Part shown: in pieces, positions 1 to 13,849 of the stretch
Position numbering within the stretch: the first letter of the stretch is position 1
How the letters are laid out: every line of letters begins with the position of its first letter
From: Octopus sinensis
Lineage: Eukaryota
Assembly: GCF_006345805.1 (NCBI RefSeq)
Contig: NC_043013.1
Span: forward strand, 51,956,001 to 52,020,000
Direction: 5' to 3'
DNA: 64,000 nucleotides
Position numbers and translations under genes: made by a program
Notes under the pieces: generated by a model
The model's input: the letters and a program-made list of their open reading frames with translations, nothing else
What the model was told of the DNA's origin: nothing
Database searches by the model: none

Positions 1-454
1 ATATATATATATATATATATATCACACCACTGCCCATGTTTCTATTTATTATATAACTAAATACTTTTATGCTATTTAATTGTTTTCCAATCTCTTCCTT
101 TCTCTTTCCCTCTCTTCCTCTCTCCCTCTTTTTCTCCCTCTCTCTCTCTCCCTCTCGGGGTAATGATGCAATTATGCGGTCATAAAACTATTTAATACTG
201 CCCCCCTCATTTCCCAGACGAATCAACTGTTGGATCACGTGGTTTCTCTGGTCTTCCTGCTGTTCTTGGCTGACATTGAAACATGCGTTAAATGTTGGAT
301 TTTGAGGAAAAACACTATAAAATTACAATTGGTATTTCTTTTAATGCCAACCACGTCGAAGATTATATATGTGTATATATATGTATATATATATATATAT
401 TATATAATATATATATAATGTATGTATATATATATATGTGTGTGTGTGGTGTGC

Positions 455-500
<46 letters not shown>

Positions 501-502
<2 letters not shown>

Positions 503-800
503 AGGCGCAATGGCCAAGTGGTTAGGGCAGCGGACTCGCGGTCGTAGGATCGCGGTTTCGTTTCCCAGATCTGGCGATGTGTGTGTTTATTGAGCGAAAA
601 CACCTGAAGCTCCACGAGGCTCCGACAGGGGGTGGTGGCGGTCCCTGCTGTACTCTTTCGCCACAACTTTCTCTCACTCTTTCTTCTGTTGGCCTGCTCG
701 CTTAGCCAGCGGGGTGGCGTCATTTGAAGGCTAAAACAATGCGAAGCGCATTGTGACCAGCGATGTGTAGCAACATCTGATAGCCTGGTCGATCACGGTG
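501..800 (+). mobile_element. tRNA-derived SINE; 5'-truncated sister copy at about 1229-1480
   Basis: Head GGCGCAATGGCCAAGTGGTTAGGGCAGCGGAC...GGTTTCG; body shared with 1229-1480 and, in its 5' half, with 10714-11100. Confidence 0.8.
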
Positions 801-819
801 ATATATATATATATATATG

Positions 820-1095
820 AATAAATAAATAAATGGAGTTGAACGAAGATGTTAATAAAATTCTTTTAATTTCGACATATGTTTCGAAGACAACATGGTT
901 TCCTTCCAAAGGAATAAACGGTGTAAGATGCAATCTTCTTATCAGGAAAGAAAGAGAGCCTCTCTCAACAACAAGACATTATAACAATTACATCGTTTAT
1001 TCCTTTGGAATAAAACCATATTGTCTTCGAAACATATGTCGAAAGTAAAAGAATTTTATGAACTCCATTAACTTGTTCAACTCTATTTATTTATT
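820..1095. mobile_element. Foldback/MITE-like inverted repeat
   Basis: Arms about 820-925 and 990-1095 are reverse complements (ttcgacatatgtttcgaagacaa / ttgtcttcgaaacatatgtcgaa). Confidence 0.65.
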
Positions 1096-2039
1096 TATTT
1101 ATTTATTTATTCATCTATAACACACAAATTACTGCACATTAACCCGGAGTTTCTACCTTTGGATAGGTCGCTTCAACCGTGTTTCTAACGTGAATTTTGC
1201 TACCCTGGTAACGGTTCATTGAATTTTCCAGACCGGGCGTTGTGAGTGTTTATTGAGCGAAAACACCTAAAAGCTCCACGAGGCTCCGGCAGGGGGTGGT
1301 GATCCCTGCTGTACTCTTTCACCACTCTTTTTCCCACTCTTTCTTCTGTTGGCCTGCTCGCTTAGCCAGCGGGGTGGCGTCATTCGAAGGCTAAAACAAT
1401 GCGAACGCATTGTGACCAGCGATGTGTAACAACATCTGATGGTCTGGTCGGTCACATGATCACGTGATATATATATATATATATCACCGTGATATATATA
1501 TATATATATATATATGCATATATATATGTATGTATGTATATTTATCTATATGTACATATATAGATAGAAACATATACGTACATATATACACACACGCGCG
1601 CACACACATATAAATGCACACACACATATATGTATGTGTGTTCTCTTTGATTTAGAATAAATGTTGACCGTCCACCTGCTTAGAAGCAAGTTTGTGAAGG
1701 AAAACGTATTGTTTTGTTCATCAACCTTGAAATCTCTTGAAGGCCTTGCAGATTTTCATAGTACCAGATATCACGACCATTCGTAGTTTAGGAATTAAGG
1801 ATTTGTGTTCCCTCCCGCAAAACCCAAGTTCAGCCATACTTTTCTCCAGTCGGACCGTTCTGTACCTTGTAGCTCTAGTAATTACAGGCATGAAGCCGAA
1901 AGTCTGTCTTCGGTATTGGATCTGCAAACGCCTCATAAATGGTCCACAGATGTCTTCTTTCTCTCGTATTTATATACATATATGTTCTTTTCTGTTTCCG
2001 AAATATTTGAAATCTTCCTCTGAGGAAGGATCTGGTTTC

Positions 2040-2790
2040 TAACAAAGATGCAGAGCTCCGTGGCTAGAATGAAGATAACAAAAGCAAATAAACGTTTTAA
2101 ACTTGAGAAAAGTCTTGCATACTTTTACCGTTCCACTGACAGAATTTCCTGGCAATATGATGTTGCTGTTACCGTTTTTCCTTGTTGCAAAGATGACTCC
2201 CTTCGCAGACCACCATACAATGACCACTAGCTTTTAGGGTGCAATGGTAGTTCTGGGTAGTGTTTAGGTGACTATCCTTCATCTAATCGCTGTCCTGTTC
2301 TGCTGTTCTCAAAGAGTATCCATTTCTCATCACAAGTAATGATTTGATGTAAAAAAATGTCTTTTTTCCAGTCGAGAAAGCAACAAGGAGCACACTTCGA
2401 GAAGTCTGTTTCTTTGAAACTCGTTCAGTTGATGTGGAACAAACCTATCCATTTCCTTGACTTTTCTAATATTTCACAGGTGTCCAAAAACAGTTGTGCG
2501 AGATGTTTTGAGTTCTGATGAAAGTTTTCGAACTTTTGTTCTCGGATTTTGTTTAACCAAAACATTTAATCCATCGTACCGAATAACTGATTTTGGCCTA
2601 CCCCTGGGTTTATTTTTCGAGGCTATCATATCCCGAACGAGAGCTTTGGAACCATCTCTGAATAATTCTGATGTCAACAAAACCATTACCAAAGTCCCGC
2701 TTGATATTCCGTAGAGCTTCTGCAGCAGAGTGACCCAGTTTGTACTCATACAAGAAAATCACTCAACATAGTTTGGTTGTTATCATTTTC
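2040..2790 (-). mobile_element. Decayed mariner (DD34D-type) transposase
   Basis: Fragments RGRPKSV, KVKKMDRFVPHQL (cf. KKLDKWVPHEL), CDEKWI and VIVWWSAKGVI, broken by stops and frameshifts. Confidence 0.75.
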
Positions 2791-3049
2791 ATAAGGTCGG
2801 TGGATACGAATTTTGTATACCAATATTGTTGGGGAAGGAAAAGAGTCAAGATTAAATGCAAGGTATACATAATCGAGTGTTTAAATGACTAAAATAACAA
2901 GTAATTAAAAATGCGACAACCTAATGTTTAGTAACATTTTTAGAGTACCTTCAACAATGAAGCTATAAAGAGTTGTGAAAAACCTTCATTTTAGATTTTA
3001 AATGGGAGCGAATAGTGCGCCCTTTATACAAAAAAAATTGTGGCAACTG

Positions 3050-3635
3050 CTCACCTTATATTTTTTTTTCTTATTTTAAATGCCACTGAATTCAGCTTTG
3101 CTCTTTCGAAAACTTGCACCATAACACCCTCAAAAGATTCAGACTCCAATTTTCTGACTTCGCTATTGGTGTTCACCTTCAGTTGCACCAGGGTCTCCAG
3201 TTTGTTGACGTAAACCCTCTCTTTCGGGTAACCCCACAACAGAAAAATCCGGGCTAGTCAAGTCTGGGGAAGGTGAAGGCCAGTTGATATTGCCGTAGCG
3301 TGAGATTATTCTCTCTCCAAGGCATCGACGTAGCAACAGCATTGTTTCTCTTGCGGTATGAGCAGTTGACCCATCTTGCTGGAACTATATATGTGAGGTC
3401 TACTTTGAATGACTTTCCTGTTTCCCAGACTTGACGAGCCCGGATTTTTTCTTGTGGGGAAACCTGAAAGAGAGAGTTTACGCAAACAAACCGGAGTCCC
3501 TGATGCAACAACAGCAGAGAAATCAGAGAAGTGGGGTCTGAAACTCTTGAGGCTGTTATAATGCAAGTTTTGGAAAGAGAACGGGCGTGCGAATCTGAAA
3601 ATGGCTTCCAATTAAGCAATATCATTTTTTATATG
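3050..3635. mobile_element. Two back-to-back inverted C-terminal fragments of a Tc1/mariner-superfamily transposase
   Basis: Minus copy NINWPSPSPDLTSPDF..WGYPKERVYVNKLETL; plus copy PDL..PDFFLWGNLKERVYANKPESL. Confidence 0.7.
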
Positions 3636-3648
3636 TGATGTGTGTGTG

Positions 3649-3708
<60 letters not shown>

Positions 3709-3722
3709 TATATTATATATAC

Positions 3723-3753
<31 letters not shown>

Positions 3754-4149
3754 CATATACATATATATATAATACATACACCACACACACACAGAGTTTA
3801 ATGAAGCTGACTACTCGATCATGTTTAGCCTTGGGTTTAAACCACAGCATCAGTTATTATGACTACCAACAACACTACATACTACCACTACTACTGCTGC
3901 TATTATTACTACTGCCGCCGCTACTATTACTGCTACTATGAATTACTTCTACTAGAAATATTTTAGATTCCATTAAAGATTAAAGAATACTTACTTAGAT
4001 TCCAGAAAAAGATTAAAACGTATCCATTAATCCGTGACGACGTTTGTAAATCCTTCTTGGCAGACATTTCTCACCCGTTTCATTGGATATTACGTTTACC
4101 TACAAAGCTGACATTCGTTTGGGGTATCCCCAACAGATATCACGCAATT

Positions 4150-4590
4150 TCTAATGTGTGTGTCTATGTGGGTATGTGTGTGTTTATGTGTGTGTGTCCG
4201 CGCGTGTGTGTGTGTGTATGTGTGTGTGCATGTATGTGTGTGTGTGCGTGCGTGTGTGTATGTGCATGTGTGCTTGTGGGTGCACGTGTGTGTGTGTGCG
4301 TGTGTACGTGTGTGTGTGTGTGTGCGTGTTTGGGGTGCGTGTGTGTGCATGCGCGTGTGTGTGCGTGCGTATGTCTATGCGTGTATGTGTGTGCGTGCGT
4401 GCGTGTGTGTATGTGCATGTGTGCGTGTGTGTGTACGTGTGTGCGTGTGTGTGTGCGTGTGTGTACGTGTGTGTGCATGTGTGTGCGTGTGTTTGCGTGT
4501 GTTTGCGTGTGTGCGTGTGTGTATGTGCGTGTTTGGGTGCGTGTGTGTGCGTGCGTATGTCTATGCATGTATGCGTGTGTGCGTGTCCTA
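4150..4590. repeat. Compound (TG)n/(CGTG)n microsatellite
   Basis: Directly visible; produces the spurious ORFs at 4057-4745. Confidence 0.95.
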
Positions 4591-4685
4591 CCTTATTTGG
4601 ACTTATCAGGAAATGTAATTTTATTCTTCATTGTTATAATTTTGTTGTTTCTTTAATTCTTTTCAATTTGCACTTTTATAAGTTT

Positions 4686-4723
<38 letters not shown>

Positions 4724-4879
4724 ACAACTCACTTTTATCTTTTAATTTTACTTGTTCTAGCCATTGAACTGTGGCCATGCTGGGGCACCGCCTGCGAAAT
4801 TTGTTTTCCCACGGGAGTTCCGGACCCCTGGTATAAACTCATTTGCATACAGCCAGTCATAGCTCAAGTATTAAACTAA

Positions 4880-4990
4880 TTTATGAGCATTATTTACATT
4901 ATTTACATTTGACGGATATTTGTCCTCATCTTGTTTGTTGTTAACACAATGTTTCGGCTGGTACACCTTCCAGCCTTCATCACGTGTCTT
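4880..4990 (-). mobile_element. PLE-type terminal repeat remnant with hammerhead-like fold; relatives at about 60421-60480 and 62470-62600
   Basis: Minus strand ACAC-GTGATGA-A-GGCTGG-loop-CCAGCC-GAAA-CAT-T-GTGT, followed by aacaaacaagatgaggacaaatatccgtcaaatgtaaataat. Confidence 0.55.
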
Positions 4991-5067
4991 GGAGAAATGT
5001 CGAACCTGGATTCTCATTCCTAAGGTATTTTTCGATGTTGTTGCTATTGTTGTTGTTGTTGTTGTTG

Positions 5068-5124
<57 letters not shown>

Positions 5125-6008
5125 TCACTGCCTAGAATCGAACTCGGAATCTTGGGGTTAGTAGCCCGCGTTCTTAACCACTACGCCATATGCCCGTGAA
5201 CGTATGGCGTAGTGGTTAAGAGCGCATAACATTTTCCCCGTCCACATCTTTACCATGTGGGGCCCTAACAAAATCCGATAATATGTATAGATACAAATCT
5301 ATCTAATTACTGGACTCCTTCTAAAATCAGGCATAACACGAGTTTTCTTGGTAGAGTGTCTTTGTTAAACCTGATAGCAAGTTCAAGATGAGCTCTGATT
5401 GGCTGTATGCAAATGAGTTCATGAGTGGGATCCGGAACTCTAGTGGGAAAAAATTCGCGCACCGGCCTTGAACATTTTTTTAATCGAGAAAATCGTATCT
5501 AAGTACTTATATCGTATTTGTTTTGAGTGTGGTCAGTTTTTTTCCGAACCGCTAAGTTACGGGGCCGTAAACAAAACAACATCGGTTGTCAAGCGGTGGG
5601 AGTGACAAACACAAGCACAAAGACACACGTACACACACGTACACACACACACACACACACACAAACAGAATTTCCGTCTACCACTTCACTCACAAGGCAT
5701 CGGTCGATCCTAAAGTGCTGAACAGAAGGATTGAACTCGAAACAATGTGGTCGCAAAGCGAGCTTTTTAACCGCACAGCCATTTCCCGCCCCTAGACGCA
5801 CAAACAGGGAACAAACAGTAGAATTAAAGCAGCCAAATTCTTTTCTCCATAATATCAAACCTTCAAAGCAATGTGAGTGGAATGCGAAATTATTATAAAT
5901 TATTATAAATTATTATAAATTATTATAAATTATTAGAGCCAGTTTTCAGATTTCTTACTGTCTTCTTCAATAAGTATATTTTGCGAATGAAAAAACTAGA
6001 GCCAAGGA

Positions 6009-6075
6009 AAATCTTTAGCTCAGTCGGTAGAGCACCTAACTTTTAATCTGAGGGTCGCGGGTTCGTGTTCTATAA
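6009..6075 (+). pseudogene. tRNA-Lys(UUU) pseudogene or fragment
   Basis: TAGCTCAGTCGGTAGAGCA..ACTTTTAATCTGAGGGTC..GGGTTC matches the D-arm, anticodon loop and T-arm of eukaryotic tRNA-Lys(TTT). Acceptor stem and 5' anticodon strand are decayed. Confidence 0.75.
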
Positions 6076-6267
6076 GTGCAGGCGTGGCTGTGTGGTAAGA
6101 AGCTTGCTTCCCAGCCACATGGTTCCGGGTTCAGTTCCACTGGGTGACACACTGGGCAAGTGTTTTCAGTTCTAGCCTCGGGCCGACGATAGTCTTGTGC
6201 GTGGATTTGGTAGACGGAAACTGAAAGAAGCCTGTCGTAAATATATATATATAATATATATATATTA

Positions 6268-6306
<39 letters not shown>

Positions 6307-6444
6307 TTTTTAAAAATTATATGAAGTGAGAAGAGAGAGATGTATATAATATGTATATATATATATATATACATATATATTATATATATATATATTGTGC
6401 CTGTGCCACGTGTATTACATCTTCTGTCTTTTATTTGTTATTTA

Positions 6445-6980
6445 TAAATACATACACACATACATACATACATACACACATACATACATACATACACACA
6501 TACACACATACATACATACATACACACATACATACATACATACATACATACATACATACACACATACATACATACATACATACATACATACACACATACA
6601 TACATACATACATACATACATACACACATACATACATACATACATACATACATACACACATACATACATACATACATACATACATACACACATACATACA
6701 TACATACACACATACACACATACATACATACATACACTACATACATACCAATACACACATACATACATACATACATACATACTTACATACACACATACAT
6801 ACATACATACATACATACATACATACATAACACACACACATACATACATACACACATACATACATACATACCCCATACACACATACATACATACATACCA
6901 CACACACATACACACATACACACATACATACACACATACATACATACACACATACACACATACATGCATACATACATACA

Positions 6981-7012
<32 letters not shown>

Positions 7013-7020
7013 CTGACATA
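6445..7020. repeat. (ACAT)n/(ACAC)n microsatellite; similar tracts at about 10017-10430 and 15790-16255
   Basis: Directly visible. Confidence 0.95.
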
Positions 7021-7586
7021 TAAGTATACATGTATATACATATATTTTACACACAATACCGAAAGCACCTACACCATTACCATCTCCAGCACTACCACCA
7101 TCACCACCGCCAGCAACAGGCAACTCAACCAACACGACTAATATTTCCAGTACCACGCACACTATCGCTACTAACACCAGAGCCATAACCACCACAACCT
7201 CAACTACAACATAGCACTACCGCCACGACAGTCGCAACAAACACCACTGCCACCACCGGCACCAATACTGCACATACCACAACCACCTACACAGTTATCA
7301 CAACTACCGCCACCACTACTGCTATCGGCACCACCACTACCACCTCTTCCGCCACCAACCCCATACTGTCAAAAATCAGATTCACATCCCGTTACATTTT
7401 ATTTTTAATTAATTTAATTTAAATTCCATAGTTATCTCCCCCTACATATCTTAACCATAATTAATCAGTAAGATCATGTTTAATCTCTCTTCACTAGGAG
7501 TATGATTTGAATTAATTAAAATTTTAATTAATTAAAATTTAATGACTCCTTGCATCTTGTATTTTAGGACTATATAAGTGTGTGAA

Positions 7587-7691
<105 letters not shown>

Positions 7692-7801
7692 AGAGAGAGA
7701 GAGAGAGAGAGAGATTAAAATAGATGCCACACATATAATAAGCATGAATATGTATATGTTGATATTCATAAACATACAAATATGAATATATATACATATA
7801 T

Positions 7802-7843
<42 letters not shown>

Positions 7844-7856
7844 TATATATATATAT

Positions 7857-7927
<71 letters not shown>

Positions 7928-7996
7928 TAGATAGACAACAGACAGACAGAATTATATATATATATGTATGTATGTATGTAAGTATGTATACGGTCT

Positions 7997-8062
<66 letters not shown>

Positions 8063-9690
8063 GTATATAATATGTATGTATCTTGTATGTATGTACCAAA
8101 ACAAGCTTCTTTATTTGCATGTTTATGTGTGTGTATGTGTGTATGTATGTGTGTGTCTGTATACGTGTGTGAGAAAAATAAAGAGAGAGAGAGAGAGAAA
8201 GAAAGAATGAGAGAGAATAACAATGCGTATTTAGAACCGTTTACAATTTCGCGGTGATGGCTATAATACATGTTTTCAACTACTTTGAAATCAAGTTAAG
8301 TTTCTAATAAACGCTGTGTCCGGTACAAATAGTTAGAATTCATTCAATCACGCTGCCAACGGAAGCACTGCGTGCAAGGTATGGTTTGTGCTTGATTTAA
8401 ATAGTAAGTACTATGAAGTTCTTTACACAGGTAGAAGAATGATAGACTAATTCTCACAGTGGTCAACAAACTGTGAATCCGAGAAAGTAATTTATTTTAT
8501 ATTTACATCAATTTTGAGTTTCACAGAGAATGTTTTCAAAACTTAGGTTAACTAGTTTAGATTTATTTTAGGTTTCTAATAACGCTTTATTAAATACATG
8601 CGCACCCACACAACATGTGCTATATATTCCCTACCATATGGTTTCGTGTTGAATATCCCTATTCGGCACTTTAATCTACTGTCTTCTATTATAACTGTAA
8701 AGCGATTAATGTACTGTGAGAGGAATTTAATACATGAAATCCCTGCAGAAGACAGTTACGGAGATATATTATTTCTAGATGATATTTAAACAAAACATTC
8801 CCTTCCTAGAAATGTTGGCTTAAAAATCTTAGTTGAGGTGGTCTTTCGGGATATTAGCGGTGAATGTTTTTAAGCTCATTCACACGATGTTATTTTGACG
8901 CACCAATACAACAGCTTGGTTTTCCTGGTGATGAAATATAACTGCTTTGCCGAGGAGGCAGTGTTCGCACTCACGTGCTGCAGATGAGCAAGTGAGGCCT
9001 GTGACAAGGATGCTCCCAATAATGTCGTGAAGATAGTTTCTTTGGCCCTAGAACCTCCGGAAGAAGCGAGATGCGGAGGGGAATTTTTCCTTCCCTGCAT
9101 CAGAATGAATGCTTATGTTGTGTGAATCCTTTCTTGAAATCATTGGACGTTAGGCCTGTATAGTTTTTCTCGATAACCCTAGGTAATCTGAGGATAGCAT
9201 TATAGACAAGGGCCTTTGAGAAACAAGATCACCCCAATCGACAGATGGTTGAACTTTGGAGCATGGAGAGGTTCAGTGTGACTGCAGTTTTTGTGGTTCT
9301 GCAGCATATAGTGTTGGAAGCGATGATATCTAAGCGTAACTAACCATCCTTAAGGTTAAGTGGTATTTACAGGTGTTTTTGAGATTTTGTTTAATTAGAG
9401 ACAAGAAGATTCTAGCTGTATTCGTGAAGACATCCAGATTCAGTAGTGTTGGTCATATTATATGCGCAGACTCTGAAAATGATAGTGTTTGTTAAGACGG
9501 ATCACTTTTCTCAATCGATCAATCAATCGACTGATTGAGTAAAGGGAGCTACGAACGCACACAAAATGAATAGCAGAAACAAATGTGAGTCTATAATGCA
9601 CAAATAACTCTATGAAATCCATTATTTATGACTTTTTGTGTGCGTGTATATGTGTGTGCGAGCGTGCGTGCGTGTGTGCCTCTGTGTGTG

Positions 9691-9732
<42 letters not shown>

Positions 9733-9739
9733 TGTGTGT

Positions 9740-9921
9740 AAACAAAGGTACAAATTAGTACCGGCAATTGCTAGAAATAAGAGTCGAAAAACGACTCGAA
9801 TAGCCAGACAAAGAACTAACCTCATCCGTCCGTTCATGAGGCTAGTACTTTGTGCGGCTATTCGAGTTGTTTTTCGACTCTTATTTCTAGCAATCACCGG
9901 TACTAGTTTGTATCCTTGTTT
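9740..9921. repeat. Inverted repeat, about 86-bp arms with a 10-nt loop
   Basis: 9740-9825 pairs with 9836-9921 (attgctagaaataagagtcgaaaa / ttttcgactcttatttctagcaat); loop ccgtccgttc. Confidence 0.85.
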
Positions 9922-10713
9922 ATTAACTTGCCTTTAGGTTTTAATTGCTAACGGGCCACCTATATAACTATGTATTTAATATATTCTAATATATTAATAT
10001 ACTGTAATATCTTATTGTGTGTATGTATGTATGTATGTATGTATGTATGGATGGATGTATGTATGTATGTATGTATGGATGTATGTATGCATGCATGCAT
10101 GTATGTATGTATGTATGCATGTGTGTGTGTATGTGTGTATGTATCTATGTATGGATGTATGTATGCATGTATGTATGTATGCATGTGTGTGTATGTGTGT
10201 GTGTATGTATGTATGGATGGATGTATGTATGTATGTATGTATGTATGTATGTATGGATGGATGTATGGATGTATGGATGTATGGATGTATGCATGTTTGT
10301 GTATGTATGTATGTATGTATGTATGTATGTATGTATGTATGCATGTGTGTGTATGTGTGTGTGTATGTATGTATGTATGTATGTATGTATGTATGTCTGT
10401 ATGTATGTATGCATGTATGTATGTATAGGCGCGTGTATATACATACTTGTATACGCATATATTATGGTTCCTGATAGAATATTAAGTAGGAGAATTTAAA
10501 TGCAGGACTCAAGACGGACTCGTGGCTATCAGCACTCTTAAAATAAAGTCTGGAGGAAGGACGATCCTACAGATGCAGAAAATCCAGGGACAACACCGAT
10601 AAATCCAATATGTCTAGCGAAGAGTAAGATCTAATCCAGATAAAAAGAAGAAGACTTTAGCGCATTTTTAACGACCAGGTATAATTGTTTCGGTATCACA
10701 ATATACATTCTGT

Positions 10714-11100
10714 GTGGAGGCGCAATGGCCCAGTGGTTAGGGCAGCGGACTCGCGGTCATAGGCTCGCGGTTTCGATTCCCAGACCGGGCGTTGTGAGTG
10801 TTTATTGAGCGGAAACACCTAAAAGCTCCACAAGGCTCCGGCAGGGATGGTGGTGATCCCTGCTGTACTCTTTCACCACAACTTTCTCTCACTCTTACTT
10901 CCTGTTTCTGTTGTACCTGTATTTCAAGGGGCCGGCCTTGTCACTCTCTGTTTCACGCTGAATATCCCCAAGAACTACGTTAAGGGTACACGTGTCTGTG
11001 GAGTGCTCAGCCACTTACACGTTAATTTCACGAGCAGGCTGTTCCGTTGATTCGGATCAACCGGAACTCTCATCGTCGTAACCGACGGAGTGCTTCCATA
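10714..11100 (+). mobile_element. tRNA-derived SINE with the same head as 501-800 but a different 3' half
   Basis: 5' half matches 501-680; 3' half (ctgaatatccccaagaactacgttaagggtacacg...) is unrelated to the tail of 501-800. Confidence 0.8.
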
Positions 11101-11189
11101 CATTCTGTACGTTGGAGCGCTTAAAGAGCACACAATGTGAAAATACACCTTTTGTTGCAAGTTTGATGGTGTGTCACTATAATGTATAA

Positions 11190-11610
11190 CTCTTTTTACT
11201 CTTTTACTTGTTTCAGTCATTTGACTGCGGCCATGCTGGAGCACCACCTTAAGTCGGGCAAATCGACCCCAGGACTTATTCCTTGTAAGCCTAGTACTTA
11301 TTCTATCGGTCTCTTTTGCCGAACCGCTAAGTGACGGGGACATAAGCACACCAGCATCGGTTGTCAAGCGATGTTGGGGGAGGGGACAAACACAGACACA
11401 CAAACATACACACACACACACACACATATATATATACATATATACGACAGGCTTCTTTCAGTTTCCGTCTACCAAATCCACTCACAAGGCTTTGGTCGGC
11501 CCTAGGCTATAGTAGAAGACACTTGCCCAAGGTGCCACGCAGTGGGACTGAACCCGGAACCATGTGGTTGGTAAGCCAGCTACTTACCACACAGCCACTC
11601 CTGCGCCTAT
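11190..11610 (-). mobile_element. Abundant SINE with internal microsatellite; other copies at about 5520-5790(-), 6078-6300(+), 16280-16490(-), 24730-24840(+), 25275-25680(+), 31590-31740(-), 33930-34250(-), 35880-36300(+), 36435-36830(-), 42100-42380(+), 59660-60110(-), 63225-63780(+)
   Basis: Shared head ggctgtgtggtaag...ggttccgggttcagtcccactg and shared tail gccgaaccgctaagt / ccagcatggccgcagtcaaatgactgaaacaagtaaaagag. Confidence 0.88.
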
Positions 11611-11689
11611 ATAAAGCCACAAATATTACGTAATTTTTCACAAGACTTATTCGTATACGAAACATTGTAGCTTTCAATGCTGGCTCTAA

Positions 11690-12921
11690 AGTACGGTTGA
11701 CACTATGTACGCATGATACCCCGAGGTCCAATCTATTGTTGATCAGGTTGCCCTTGTCTTTATACTTAAAGATCCACATGAAGAGATTAATCAGAAGAGA
11801 TCCAGCTCAATCCACAAGACGTCTGGCGCGTAAGAGAGGAGTTTAGGCTGTGAACGTTCTCAGAGTGGTGACAGGAAACTTGAAAACGAAATCGTACTGA
11901 GACCTGTGTGGCATCTTGTTACTCCAGGACAAATGGTTAGAAGGTTCGTGGGGGTGAAGATCATCTGGAACAAAGTGAAACATAATCCTGGAGTGATCTT
12001 TTACACAGGTGAGAAGAATTTCATCCAAGATATGCACAAAAACAGACGCAACAGCTGCGTTCTGCCTTTACCTCACGACAAAAGTCAAAGATGTCATTTT
12101 CAAGAGCAAAAAAGTCCTGTCAAGGCGATGGTTTTCGCCTGTGTAGCCTGTGAGGGCAATAAGACGCCATTGATCATGTCTGAGAAGGCTGAGAGACTGA
12201 CAGGTTTTGAGAGATGTAAAAATCTGAATTATTTTTGAATATCCTGAGGCGAGAGACGTGGGAAACCTCTACAAGATCGCTAAGAACTTCTTGTTTATAT
12301 TCCGGTAAATGCAGGGACTCAAAAATTTCTCTGGGATATGTTTGGGAACAGGATTTCGGATAAGGACATTTGGCCTCCTTCATCACCTGATTTGAACCCT
12401 TTAGACTTCAGCATTTGACATGAACTTATCAGAAAAGCTTGTGAGAAGCCCCACAGTAACGTGCAAGTCCTCAAAAACTCCACCCGCAGAAAGAAGGCAT
12501 TGATGAGGAATTCGTTAAGGAAGCTTGTGGTGCAGACAGGAAGAGGTCTGAGGAAGTCATTGTCAAAATAGGAGCAACATTTGATGCCTAACAGGTAGAA
12601 TTTCGGCCAAAATTTTCTTTGGCACTTTGAAATAAAACTTTAAGCTTCTATTCAAACTTTATTTAAATCTCTTATGAGCTCGAAATCCTAAGCGACGATT
12701 AATCATTTGTGAGAATGTCATTTTCGTCCGTGATCAACTTCATCACGGTTCTTCAGGTAAGCATGGAGAGTAATCAAGTTTTTCTTGCTCAAAGTAGAAT
12801 CCAATAGTGTTGGGAAAACTTCTGATAATTCCATTAAGTTATCTTTAAGCATTTCTGAGATTAAAAAAGGCTCGAAGCTGAATCTAAAATTTTGATAATT
12901 TTGCTGATACACCCAGTATAT
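11690..12921 (+). mobile_element. Decayed maT/DD37D-like Tc1-mariner element
   Basis: FYTGEKNF (cf. FSDEKNF), KSPVKAMVFACVA and WPPSSPDLNPLDFS motifs; putative terminal gatacacccagTA near 12919. Confidence 0.7.
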
Positions 12922-12936
12922 ACATACATACATACA

Positions 12937-12984
<48 letters not shown>

Positions 12985-12991
12985 ATATATA

Positions 12992-13035
<44 letters not shown>

Positions 13036-13130
13036 GGGTGCACGTTTGTGTGTGTACATGTTACATGATACTGTAAATTATTTAGTAATAAATATACTTA
13101 TCTATCTATGTGTGTGTATGTATATAGTAA

Positions 13131-13172
<42 letters not shown>

Positions 13173-13508
13173 CTACGTGCGTGCGCGTCTTCCTATGCAC
13201 ACGTATGCGTCACGTACGTACGTTCACACACATGCATATACAGGCGTATAGAAGTTTGAATTCATAAGTAGTCGTAAGAAATGTACTACAAGAGAAATTT
13301 AAATTAACATAAAATTATAATAAAAATAAACAGCTAAAAGAACTTGTCTTTGATTTAATCGGCTTCAAAAGATTGATGGATATCGGAAGTGGATCATTAA
13401 TTTCCACAAATATAAAACGAATATTTAATAGCTGCAAGATCATTATATAGTCTATAGTTTGGATGAAAGAATGAACTAAACTAAGTTTTTCCTTTTAAAT
13501 TTAGATTT

Positions 13509-13542
<34 letters not shown>

Positions 13543-13558
13543 ACACACACACACACAC

Positions 13559-13746
13559 ATACAAGAAGGGCGACTGAAAAGTTCCCGGTTTTAAGGGTGT
13601 CGCGTAAGGCCTGGTTTAGAAAAACTGAAGGATCACTGCAATAAGTGTATGAATCTGAGATTGAAATATGTTGAATAAAATCATAATTAACTGATCTTCC
13701 TGTATTTTTTTTACTCAAGGCCAGGAACTCTTCATCACCCCCTCGT
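13559..13746. mobile_element. Mariner-derived MITE; related copy at 45945-46167
   Basis: Shared internal gaaggaccactgcaataagtgtgtgaatctgag; the 45945 copy has tacgaggg...ccctcgta termini. Confidence 0.65.
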
Positions 13747-13766
13747 GTGTGTGTGTGTGTGTGTGT

Positions 13767-13802
<36 letters not shown>

Positions 13803-13849
13803 TAGTGTGTGTGTGTGCGTAGATCCAAGGGTGCATACCAGAAGAATTT

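Noticed and set aside
5150-5225. Inverted tRNA-like A-box sequences
   Set aside because: They are head-to-head SINE 5' ends with no complete cloverleaf, so not tRNA genes.
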